Shown: one piece after another, positions 37,696-46,110 of the stretch
How the letters are laid out: the number at the start of each line of letters is the position of its first letter
Numbering within the stretch: the stretch's first letter is position 1
Source of the DNA: Steroidobacteraceae bacterium
Lineage (GTDB): Bacteria > Pseudomonadota > Gammaproteobacteria > Steroidobacterales > Steroidobacteraceae
Length of the DNA stretch: 64,000 bases
Assembly (NCBI GenBank): GCA_035542535.1
Contig: DATKLG010000004.1
Location: forward strand, 20,672 to 84,671
Reading direction: 5' to 3'
Program-made: the position numbers and the translations under genes
Notes under the pieces: generated by a model
Told to the model about the DNA's origin: nothing
The model's database searches: none
The model's input: the letters and a program-made list of their open reading frames with translations, nothing else

Positions 37696-38472
37696 ATGAC
37701 CCCTTTCGACGCGCTTGGCTTCCGCTGGAACCGGGACGCCATCCCGCGGGAGCTACCCCGCGCCACGCTCGAACGGGCGACATTCCGCTTCGCGCGCATG
37801 CTTCCCGAATATGTTTGGGATGCCGGCGTGCTCGAAGGCAACCCTTTCACGTTCCCGGAAGTAAAGACGCTTCTCGAGGGGGTGACGGTAGGCGGGAGGA
37901 AGCTCTCGGATCAGGAACAGATCCTGAACCTGGCCGCGAGCTCGAAATACCTCATCGAGCTGGTGAAACAGCGGCAGTTCGCGCTGAACAAGTCGACCTT
38001 CTGCTCATTGCACGCGCGCGTGTCGCGCAACGAAGCGCTCGAGTGGGGACACTTCCGCGGTGAGGGGCTCGATGAGGTGTTCGTCAGAGGCCTGAATGCA
38101 TTGGAGCAGGACGTGACGAATCCCTACGAGCGCGCCGCGGCGTTCTTTTTGTTCGGGTCATTGCAGCAGTTTTTCTTCGACGGCAACAAGCGCACGTCGC
38201 GCTTCATGATGAACGGCCTGCTGATGATGGAGGGGATCGACGCGATCAGCATCCCGGCGATCCGTGCCGCGGAATTCAATTCGCGCATGGTTGATTTCTA
38301 CGCAAGCCGGGACGCCACCGCCATGATGGCGTTCGTCCTGGATTGTCACCCGGAGATAGCGCGCATCCGTGAGCTGAATCCGGAACTCCCAGCGCTGAGC
38401 GAACCGCCTGCCATGAGGTATATCCGGCTCGAGGACGATTTCGGCCGCGAGCTCGACATCACCGAGGAGTAA
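37696..38472 (+). CDS. Fic/Doc-family protein with non-canonical active-site motif (QFFFDGNKRTSR)
   Basis: The Fic core is recognisable: N-terminal VLEGNPFTFPEVKTLLEG, then LHARV...WGHFRGEG, then helix AAAFFLFGSLQQFFFDGNKRTSRFMMNGLL. The His of HxFx(D/E)GN(G/K)R is Gln (CAG, at 38164-38166). GC is 55-60% on four hand-counted lines, against 72-77% for neighbouring genes. Confidence 0.7.
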   Translation: MTPFDALGFRWNRDAIPRELPRATLERATFRFARMLPEYVWDAGVLEGNPFTFPEVKTLLEGVTVGGRKLSDQEQILNLAASSKYLIELVKQRQFALNKSTFCSLHARVSRNEALEWGHFRGEGLDEVFVRGLNALEQDVTNPYERAAAFFLFGSLQQFFFDGNKRTSRFMMNGLLMMEGIDAISIPAIRAAEFNSRMVDFYASRDATAMMAFVLDCHPEIARIRELNPELPALSEPPAMRYIRLEDDFGRELDITEE

Positions 38473-38477
38473 CTGAG

Positions 38478-41400
38478 GTGCAGGAACAGATACGGCAGTT
38501 GGTCTTGGCCAGCCTGCTCGTCCCGACGATCGTCTCGCACGCCGCCCTCGCCCAACACCAGCCGCCCGGCGTGTACGCCGATCTCGCCTGGCGCATGATC
38601 GGACCCATGCGCGGCGGGCGCACGCGCGCCGTCGCGGGCGTGCCCTCCGAGCCGAACGTCTTCTACATCGGCGCCGTCAACGGTGGCGTATGGAAGACGC
38701 GCGACGCGGGCCGCACCTGGCAGCCGATCTTCGACGGCCAGCCGACGCAGTCGGTCGGCGCGATCGCCATCGCACCCTCCGATCCCAACATCATCTACGT
38801 GGCAAGCGGCGAGGGCCTGCGGCGGCCGGACCTCTCGGTCGGCAACGGCATCTACCGTTCCGCCGACGGTGGGCGCACCTGGACCCACGGCGGGCTCACC
38901 GACGGTCAGCAGATTCCCGAGGTCGCGGTCGACCCGCGCGACCCGAACCGCCTCTTTGCCGCGGTCCTCGGTCATCCCTACGGGCCGAATGAGGAGCGCG
39001 GCATCTACCGCTCGCGCGACGGCGGCGTGACCTGGGAGCGGGTTCTCTACAAGGACGCCGATACGGGCGGCTCGGCGGTCGCGCTCGATCCGGCGCACCC
39101 GGACGTGGTGTATGCGGCGCTGTGGCAGTCGCGGCTCGGACCATGGGAGGACAAGAACGAGTTCGAGGGCACCAACGGGGGTCTCTTCAAGTCCACCGAT
39201 GGCGGCACGACCTGGAAGCGGCTGGGCGGCGGCCTGCCTGACAATCTCACTCAGATCAACTTCTCGATCGCGGCGAGTGCGCCGCAGCGCATCTACGCCG
39301 TGGCCGGGACGACCGAGCCGGGCGAGTACTCCTCGGCCGCCGGGCTCGGCGTGTATCGCTCCGACGACGCGGGCGAGCACTGGGCGCGCATCACGACCGA
39401 TCCGCGGGCATCGCTGCGCATCGGCGGCGGCGATCTGACGGTGCTGCGCGCCGACCCGACCAACGCCGACGTCGTCTACAGCATGGGGCTCGTCACCATG
39501 AGATCCGTCGACGGCGGCAAGACCTGGACGCCGCTGCGCGGCGCGCCGGGGGGCGACGACTACCAGAACATGTGGATCAGCCCGAGCGACTCGCGCGTGC
39601 TCGCGCTCGTCGCCGATCAGGGCGCGGTCATCACCGTGAACGGCGGCGAGAGCTGGAGCAGCTGGCTCAACCAGCCGACGGCGCAGCTCTATCATGTGAG
39701 CGCCACGCCGACGTTCCCGTACCAGGTTTGCGCCGGCCAGCAGGAGAGTGGCTCGGTCTGCATCGCGACGCGCGGCAACGACGGCTCGATCACCGCGCAC
39801 GACTGGCACCCGGTGGGCGTCATCGAGTACGGCTACGTCGCTCCCGATCCCCTCGACCCGGATGTCATCTACGGCGCCGGCCGTACCGAGGTATCGAAGT
39901 ATCACTTCTCGACCGGGCAGGTGCAGAACGTCACGCCGGCTCCGGTGCGCGGGCCCGAGGTGCGCGCTGACCGCACCCAGCCGCTCATGTTCTCGCCGCT
40001 CGACCCGCACGTTCTCTACTACGCCGCCAACCGTCTGTGGAAGACCGTCGACGGCGGCATGACCTGGACGGCGATCAGTCCCGATCTGGCGCGCGAGGCG
40101 GGCGCCCTGCCCGCGAGCGTCGCCACGCAGCACCCCAAGGGCGCGGAGCAGCAGCGCGGCGTGATCTACGCGCTCGGCCCTTCGCCCAGGAGCATGGACA
40201 CGCTCTGGGCGGGCACGGACGACGGCCTGGTCTGGCTGACGCGCGACGGCGGCGCTCACTGGAGCAGCGTCACGCCGCCCGAGCTCATCCCCTGGAGCAA
40301 GGTGACGCAGATCGAGCCGTCGCACTTCGATGTGGATACCGCCTACGTCTCGGTGAGCCGGCTGCGGATCGACGACCAGCGCCCTTACCTCTATCGCACC
40401 CGCGACGGCGGTAAGAGCTGGCAGTCGATCGCCGCCGGTTTGCCCGATGCGCCGGTGAACTCCGTGCGCGAGGACCCCGAGCGCCGCGGCCTGCTGTTCG
40501 CGGCGACCGAGACGGCCGTGTGGGTCTCCTACGACGACGGCGACCACTGGGATTCGCTGCAGCTCAACCTGCCGCACACCTCGATGCGCGATCTGCTGAT
40601 CCACGACGCCGATCTCGTCGTGGCGACCCACGGCCGCTCCTTCTGGGTCCTCGACGACATCTCGCGTCTGCGGCAGCTGACCGGCGCCCCCCTGAAGGAT
40701 GCGCGGCTGTTCCGTCCGGCCGCCGCCTATCGCGTGCATCGCAGTACCTGGACCGACACACCGCTGGCGCCGGATGAGCCGCTGGCGGCCAATCCGCCCC
40801 CGGGCGCGGTCATCGAGTTCTTTCTCGCGCACGATGCGCGCCAGCCGGTCACACTCGAGATCATCGACAGCGCGGGCCGGCTCGTGCGCCGCTTCAGGAG
40901 CGACGATGCCCCCGTGCCCTCGGCGGAGGAGCTCGCACGCGAGCTGATCCCGGCCTACTGGCTGAAGCCCCCGCGGGTCCTGCCCGCAAGCGGCGGTCTG
41001 CACCGCTGGGTGTGGAACCTGCGTTATGCGGAGCCGGTGGCCACCACCCACGGCTATCCGATCTCGGCCGTGCCGCACGCAACGCCACGACAGCCCGAAG
41101 GGCCGCTGGCTCTTCCCGGCAGTTACCTGGTGCGCCTGAGCGTCGATGGCCGCAAGCTCGAGCAGCCCCTCACGCTGAAGCCGGATCCTCGTGTGCGACT
41201 CCCCGAGGGCGCCCTGGCCGACCAACTGCGCCTCGCGACCGACCTGGCGGGACTCCTCACCGAGAGCTCGCAGTCGCTGCTCACGGCGCAGTCGCAACAG
41301 GCGCAGCTGAAGGCCCTCAAGCCCACCGGGGCTGCGGCGCAGGCCGTAGCTGACTATCAGGCACGCCTCACCGCGCTGCTCGAATCGAAGGACGAGGGGA

Positions 41401-41690
41401 GCGCGGCGAGCCCGAAACCGGCGGGCACGCCGCAGCAGCTGCTGCCCGACGTGCAGGGGCACATCAGCGCTCTCTACGAGGATTTGCTGCGTGGCGATGC
41501 AGCGCCGACGGCCGCTCAGCTCGCTGCGACTGCTGCGGCGCGCGAGACTCTCGCGGGCCTGCTCACCGGCTGGCGCGCCCTGCAGGCCGAGCTCCCGGAT
41601 CTCAACCGGCAGCTGCAGGCCGCGGGCCTCGCGCCCGTGCGGTCCGACCTGGCGCCGCCACGGGATCTCAACGCCGCCGACGAGGACTAA
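38478..41690 (+). CDS. secreted sortilin/VPS10-like BNR (Asp-box) repeat protein, paralog 1
   Basis: 1070 aa with a signal peptide (...TIVSHAALA). About 10 Asp-box repeats are present (SADGGRTW, SRDGGVTW, STDGGTTW, SVDGGKTW, TVDGGMTW, TRDGGAHW, TRDGGKSW ...), consistent with a double beta-propeller. A ~300-aa C-terminal region follows. GTG 38478 lies 8 nt after GAGGAG. Confidence 0.75.
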   Translation: MQEQIRQLVLASLLVPTIVSHAALAQHQPPGVYADLAWRMIGPMRGGRTRAVAGVPSEPNVFYIGAVNGGVWKTRDAGRTWQPIFDGQPTQSVGAIAIAPSDPNIIYVASGEGLRRPDLSVGNGIYRSADGGRTWTHGGLTDGQQIPEVAVDPRDPNRLFAAVLGHPYGPNEERGIYRSRDGGVTWERVLYKDADTGGSAVALDPAHPDVVYAALWQSRLGPWEDKNEFEGTNGGLFKSTDGGTTWKRLGGGLPDNLTQINFSIAASAPQRIYAVAGTTEPGEYSSAAGLGVYRSDDAGEHWARITTDPRASLRIGGGDLTVLRADPTNADVVYSMGLVTMRSVDGGKTWTPLRGAPGGDDYQNMWISPSDSRVLALVADQGAVITVNGGESWSSWLNQPTAQLYHVSATPTFPYQVCAGQQESGSVCIATRGNDGSITAHDWHPVGVIEYGYVAPDPLDPDVIYGAGRTEVSKYHFSTGQVQNVTPAPVRGPEVRADRTQPLMFSPLDPHVLYYAANRLWKTVDGGMTWTAISPDLAREAGALPASVATQHPKGAEQQRGVIYALGPSPRSMDTLWAGTDDGLVWLTRDGGAHWSSVTPPELIPWSKVTQIEPSHFDVDTAYVSVSRLRIDDQRPYLYRTRDGGKSWQSIAAGLPDAPVNSVREDPERRGLLFAATETAVWVSYDDGDHWDSLQLNLPHTSMRDLLIHDADLVVATHGRSFWVLDDISRLRQLTGAPLKDARLFRPAAAYRVHRSTWTDTPLAPDEPLAANPPPGAVIEFFLAHDARQPVTLEIIDSAGRLVRRFRSDDAPVPSAEELARELIPAYWLKPPRVLPASGGLHRWVWNLRYAEPVATTHGYPISAVPHATPRQPEGPLALPGSYLVRLSVDGRKLEQPLTLKPDPRVRLPEGALADQLRLATDLAGLLTESSQSLLTAQSQQAQLKALKPTGAAAQAVADYQARLTALLESKDEGSAASPKPAGTPQQLLPDVQGHISALYEDLLRGDAAPTAAQLAATAAARETLAGLLTGWRALQAELPDLNRQLQAAGLAPVRSDLAPPRDLNAADED

Positions 41691-41799
41691 GCGCCGATCC
41701 GAGGGGAATTCGCGCCTGAGAGACTGACGGCACGGCTGGTACCGCCGCGCCCGTCAGCGCATCATAGTCGGATTCATCGAAGAGACTGGAGCCAAGCGC

Positions 41800-42549
41800 A
41801 TGCGCTTACTAGCCGCTTTCGTACTGCTCACGGCAGCATCCTCTGCCTTCGCCCTGACCGCCGATGAGCTCGCCGCGAAGAACGTCGCGGCCAAGGGCGG
41901 CGCCGAGAAGATCGCCGCCATTCATTCGCTGCGGCTCAGCGGGAAGATCCTGGTAAACGGCGATACGCTGCAGCTCGGCTACGTCACCACCATCCGGCCG
42001 CCCGATTCGGCGCGCATCGAGGCGACGCTGCAGGGCCTGACCCTGATCCAGGCTTACGACGGCAAGGAGGGCTGGAAGGTCAACCCGTTCCAGGGCCGCA
42101 AGGACCCGGAAAAGATGTCGGCCGACGATGCCAAGGATCTCGGCGAGGACGCCGCCGACTTCATCGGACCGCTGGTCGACTACAAGGCCAAGGGCTACAA
42201 GCTCGAGTATCTCGGCACCGAGGACGTCGACGGTACGGATGCGCACAAGCTGCGCGTGACGCGTCCCAACGGCGACATTACCTTCGTATTCCTCGACCCG
42301 GACTACTTCCTCGAGATCCGCACCTTGAGCCGCCGCATCGAGCACGGAGTGCCGAAGGAAACGGTGACCGACTTCGGCGACTACGAGAAGGTGAACGGGG
42401 TCTATGTTGCCTTCTCGCAGGTGTCGGGCCCCAACGGCTCGAGCGACCGTCAGAAGGTGCAGTTCGACAAGGCAGAGGCGAATACGCCTCTCGACGGCTC
42501 GGTATTCAGCTTTCCGGCGACCCCGCCGGCCACCGCCGCCGCGAAATAA
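41800..42549 (+). CDS. secreted LolA-like / outer-membrane lipoprotein-sorting family protein (putative)
   Basis: 249 aa with signal peptide MRLLAAFVLLTAASSAFA. The pattern TADELAAKNVAAKGGAEKIAAIHSLRLSGK...AYDGKEGWKVNPFQG...LVDYKAKGYKLEYLGTEDVDGTDAHKLRV resembles LolA-like sorting proteins. This is a family recollection, not a search result. Confidence 0.55.
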   Translation: MRLLAAFVLLTAASSAFALTADELAAKNVAAKGGAEKIAAIHSLRLSGKILVNGDTLQLGYVTTIRPPDSARIEATLQGLTLIQAYDGKEGWKVNPFQGRKDPEKMSADDAKDLGEDAADFIGPLVDYKAKGYKLEYLGTEDVDGTDAHKLRVTRPNGDITFVFLDPDYFLEIRTLSRRIEHGVPKETVTDFGDYEKVNGVYVAFSQVSGPNGSSDRQKVQFDKAEANTPLDGSVFSFPATPPATAAAK

Positions 42550-42569
42550 CCTCTTCGGGGAGAAAAAAC

Positions 42570-45500
42570 ATGCGATTCCCATTCCTGGCATTGGCCGGTG
42601 TGCTCGCTTCCGTGGCCAACGTTCCCGCCGTGGTGCGCGCCGATGCGCCGGTGGCCGATTCGGCCGTGATCTCCGGTCTCGGCTCCCGCAACATCGGCTC
42701 CGCCGCGATGAGCGGGCGCATCGCAGCCCTCGCCGGCTACAACGATGCCTCCGGCAAGCTGACGCTGTTCGTCGGCGCCGCGAGCGGCGGCGTGTGGAAG
42801 TCGACCGACGGCGGCACGGTCTTCAAGCCGGTGTTCGACAAGCAGGCGGTGCAGTCGATCGGCGCCATCGCCATCGACCCGAGCCACCACGAGAACATGT
42901 GGGTGGGGAGCGGCGAGTCCTGGACGCGTAACAGCGTCTCGGTGGGCGACGGCATCTACAAATCGACGGATGGCGGCGAGACCTGGACCAACGTCGGCCT
43001 CGCTAACTCGGAGCGCATCTCCCGGATCGTCGTCGATCCGCGCTCCTCCGATACGGTGTACGCCTGCGTGCCGGGAAAGCTGTGGAGCGACTCGCCCGAC
43101 CGCGGCCTCTACAAGACCACCGATGGCGGCAAGAGCTGGCAGCTGATCCTCAAGGGCGCGAACCTCTCGACCGGCTGCGGGAGCGTGGCGATGCAGCCGG
43201 GCAGCCCCGATGTGCTGCTCGCGAGTCTCTGGGACTTCCGCCGCAAGGGCTGGACCTTCCGCTCCGGCGGTGACGGTCCGAAGGCGGCGTCCGGCAGCGG
43301 CCTGTACCGCAGCAGCGACGGCGGCAGGAGCTGGAGCGAGCTCACGGTTGCGGCCAACAAGGGGCTGCCGGCCAAGCCCTATGGACGCATCGCCATGGCC
43401 TATGCGCCGAGCGAGCCGCAGACGGTCTATGCCTTCATCGAGTCGACGGACTCGGCGCTGTTCATCTCGCACGACGGCGGCGCCAGCTGGGAGCGCGGCG
43501 ACAAGAGCACCTGGATGGTGTGGCGCCCCTTCTACTTCGCCAATCTCATCGTCGATCCGAAGAATCCCAAGCGCCTCTTCAAGACCGACGGCGCCCTGAT
43601 CCTCAGCGAGGACGGCGGCAAGAGCTTCACCACCGTCGGCGGCTTCAACGGCGCGCACGGCGACGTGCACGACGTGTTCGTCGATCCGGCCAACTCGCAG
43701 CACGTCTACAACGGCGACGACGGCGGACTGTGGACGTCCTACGACGGCGGCAACAAGTGGTGGAAGTCGGACAATCTGCCGATCTCGCAGTTCTACCACG
43801 TGAGCCTCGACGGCGCCGATCCCTACCGCGTCTACGGCGGCCTGCAGGACAACGGCTCGTGGCGCGGCGACTCGGCCTACCCGGGCGGCATCACCAGCGC
43901 GCGCTGGGTGGCGCTGTTCGGCGGCGACGGCTTCTGGATGTACGCCGATCCCTCCGACGCCAACTACGTCTACGCCGAGGCGCAGGGAGGCTACGTCGGA
44001 CGCGTCAACATGAGCACGCTCGAGACGCGCGACATCCAGCCGAAGCTCGGCGCCGAGGATCTGCGGCTCTACAAGAAGCTGCGCTTCAACTGGAACACGC
44101 CGATCGCCCTCTCCCCCAACGAGCCGGGCACGATCTACATCGGCGCGCAGTTCCTGTACCGCTCGCGCGATCACGGCCAGAGCTGGCAGCGGATCTCGCC
44201 GGACCTCACTACCAACGATCCCAACATGCAGAAGCAGGAGCAGTCGGGCGGCGTCACGGTGGACAATTCGGCGGCCGAGATGCATACCACGATCTACTCG
44301 ATCAGCGAGTCGCCGTTAGCCAAGGGCACGATCTGGGTCGGCACCGACGACGGCAACGTGCAGCTCACCCGCGACGGCGGGCAGCACTGGGACAACGTCT
44401 CCGGCAACGTGCACGGCGTACCGAAGGGCTCGTGGGTGAACTGGGTACAGGCGAGCAGCTTCGATCCGGCCACCGCCTATGCCGCCTTCGACCGGCATAC
44501 CTTCGGCGACCTGGCGCCGTACGTCTACGTGACCCGCGATTTCGGCAAGACCTGGGTTGCGCTGGTCACGCCGCAGGAGCCGAAGACGGTGCGCGGCTAC
44601 GCGCACGTCATCAGGGAGGACACGATCGACAAGTCGCTGCTGTTCCTCGGTACCGAGTTCGGACTGTGGATCTCGGTGGACGGCGGCGCGCACTGGGGGC
44701 TGTTCAAGGGCGGTGACATCCCCGCGGTCGCGGTGCGGGACGTGGCCGTGCAGACGCGCGACGGCGATCTGGTGCTCGCCACCCACGGCCGCGGCATCTG
44801 GGTCGTCGACGACATCACGCCGCTCCGTCACCTGACGCCGGAGCTGCTGGCAAAGGACGTGGCGTTCGTGTCGGCGCGGCCGGTACAGCAGCGCATCGAG
44901 GCGAACGGCGCCGCTCCGACCGGAGCGGCCGCCTTCGTCGGCGACAATCCGACCGCGGGAGCGGTGATCACCTACTACCAGAGAACCCGGCACCTCTTCG
45001 GCAAGCTCAAGATCGAGGTGCTCGATGGCGCCGGCCACGTGGTGGACGAGCTGCCGGCGAGCAGCCGCCGTGGACTGAACCGCGTCCTGTGGACGATGCA
45101 CCTGCCGGCGCCGCACGTGCCCCCTGCGGTGCAGGTGGCGTTCGCGGCCACGCAGGGCCCGCGAGTGCTGCCGGGGCAGTACACCATCCGCATCGAGGAC
45201 AACGGCAAGACTTACGATACGACGATCGATGTCGGACTCGATCGGCGCGTCACCTGGAATGCCGCGGATCGCAAGGCGCAGTACGATGCGGCCATGAAGG
45301 TGTACACGCTCTTCAACGACGAGACGCAGTTCTACGGCCAGCTCGCCGGGCTCCGCCAGCAGGTCGCGGCGGCCAACAAGGGGCGTCCGGCGGGCGATCC
45401 GCTGCACAAGAAGCTCGCCGACTTCGACCAGAAGCTCGACAAGATCCGCAAGGAGATCGTCGCGACCACGGAGGGCGGCGCGATCACGGGCGAGGAGCGG

Positions 45501-45827
45501 CTGCGCGAGCATACCGACCAGCTGTACGGCGCCGTGAACTCCTGGGAGGGGCCGCCGTCGGCCTATCAGCTCGACAACATCGCGGGGCTGCGCAGCCAGC
45601 TCGCAGACGCGACGCAGGAGTTCTCCACTCTGACTTCGAAGGAGCTGCCGGCGCTCAACGAGGCGCTGAAGGCCAAGGGCGGGGCGGCGCTCTCGGTCCC
45701 GGCCCCGATGGCCTTCGACGACGCTGACGACGTGCGTGGCGGTGGCGGCCGCGCCGCCGGCGGCCGCCTCGATCCGGACGCCGCTGGCGCGATCCAGCTG
45801 CCGGCGGACTTCCGGCTCTTCAACTGA
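42570..45827 (+). CDS. secreted sortilin/VPS10-like BNR (Asp-box) repeat protein, paralog 2
   Basis: 1085 aa with a signal peptide (MRFPFLALAGVLASVANVPAVVRA). About 11 Asp-box repeats are present (STDGGETW, TTDGGKSW, SSDGGRSW, SHDGGASW, SYDGGNKW, TRDGGQHW, SVDGGAHW ...). The N-terminal region is roughly 40% identical to paralog 1 by eye. Confidence 0.75.
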   Translation: MRFPFLALAGVLASVANVPAVVRADAPVADSAVISGLGSRNIGSAAMSGRIAALAGYNDASGKLTLFVGAASGGVWKSTDGGTVFKPVFDKQAVQSIGAIAIDPSHHENMWVGSGESWTRNSVSVGDGIYKSTDGGETWTNVGLANSERISRIVVDPRSSDTVYACVPGKLWSDSPDRGLYKTTDGGKSWQLILKGANLSTGCGSVAMQPGSPDVLLASLWDFRRKGWTFRSGGDGPKAASGSGLYRSSDGGRSWSELTVAANKGLPAKPYGRIAMAYAPSEPQTVYAFIESTDSALFISHDGGASWERGDKSTWMVWRPFYFANLIVDPKNPKRLFKTDGALILSEDGGKSFTTVGGFNGAHGDVHDVFVDPANSQHVYNGDDGGLWTSYDGGNKWWKSDNLPISQFYHVSLDGADPYRVYGGLQDNGSWRGDSAYPGGITSARWVALFGGDGFWMYADPSDANYVYAEAQGGYVGRVNMSTLETRDIQPKLGAEDLRLYKKLRFNWNTPIALSPNEPGTIYIGAQFLYRSRDHGQSWQRISPDLTTNDPNMQKQEQSGGVTVDNSAAEMHTTIYSISESPLAKGTIWVGTDDGNVQLTRDGGQHWDNVSGNVHGVPKGSWVNWVQASSFDPATAYAAFDRHTFGDLAPYVYVTRDFGKTWVALVTPQEPKTVRGYAHVIREDTIDKSLLFLGTEFGLWISVDGGAHWGLFKGGDIPAVAVRDVAVQTRDGDLVLATHGRGIWVVDDITPLRHLTPELLAKDVAFVSARPVQQRIEANGAAPTGAAAFVGDNPTAGAVITYYQRTRHLFGKLKIEVLDGAGHVVDELPASSRRGLNRVLWTMHLPAPHVPPAVQVAFAATQGPRVLPGQYTIRIEDNGKTYDTTIDVGLDRRVTWNAADRKAQYDAAMKVYTLFNDETQFYGQLAGLRQQVAAANKGRPAGDPLHKKLADFDQKLDKIRKEIVATTEGGAITGEERLREHTDQLYGAVNSWEGPPSAYQLDNIAGLRSQLADATQEFSTLTSKELPALNEALKAKGGAALSVPAPMAFDDADDVRGGGGRAAGGRLDPDAAGAIQLPADFRLFN

Positions 45828-45835
45828 CGGTGCCC

Positions 45836-45866
45836 CCGCGCTGCGCGGCCAGTCCGCGCAGCGCGG
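45836..45866. terminator. 13-bp perfect GC-rich hairpin between convergent genes (possible bidirectional terminator)
   Basis: CCGCGCTGCGCGG (45836-45848), loop CCAGT, CCGCGCAGCGCGG (45854-45866). There is no U-tract on either strand. Confidence 0.4.
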
Positions 45867-45870
45867 ACGG

Positions 45871-46068
45871 TCACTTGCGCAACGTGTACTCCGCGCTGCA
45901 ATACGGGCACTTCGCCCAGCCCGTGTCGCGGATCGGCAGATAGACGCGCGGATGCGAGTTCCACAGATACATCTGCGGCATCGGGCAGGAGAGCGGCAGG
46001 TCCTCCTCCGTCACCTCGTATTGATTCTGGGCGTTCGGTTGGATCAGCGGCCGTGCGGTGGCGACCAT
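45871..46068 (-). CDS. small zinc-finger (zf-CHCC-like) protein
   Basis: 65 aa, ...LSCPMPQMYLWNSHPRVYL...KCPYCSAEYTL. The Cys/His spacing resembles the NDUFS6-like zinc-finger domain. It lies downstream of glnE on the same strand. Confidence 0.55.
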   Translation of the reverse strand: MVATARPLIQPNAQNQYEVTEEDLPLSCPMPQMYLWNSHPRVYLPIRDTGWAKCPYCSAEYTLRK

Positions 46069-46110
46069 GGAGGAGACTCTCGCTGAGCTGGCGGCTTACG
46101 TGGCGCTGGA

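Noticed and set aside
38441-38455. 11-mers matching the repeat core (CGATTTCGGCC at ~38446 in the Fic-like gene; GCGATTTCGGC at ~44535 in BNR2)
   Set aside because: Only the 11-nt core matches. There is no partner arm, no GATGTCC box and no TTAA end. Both lie in frame within coding sequence (DDFGRE, RDFGKT), so these are chance matches from codon usage.
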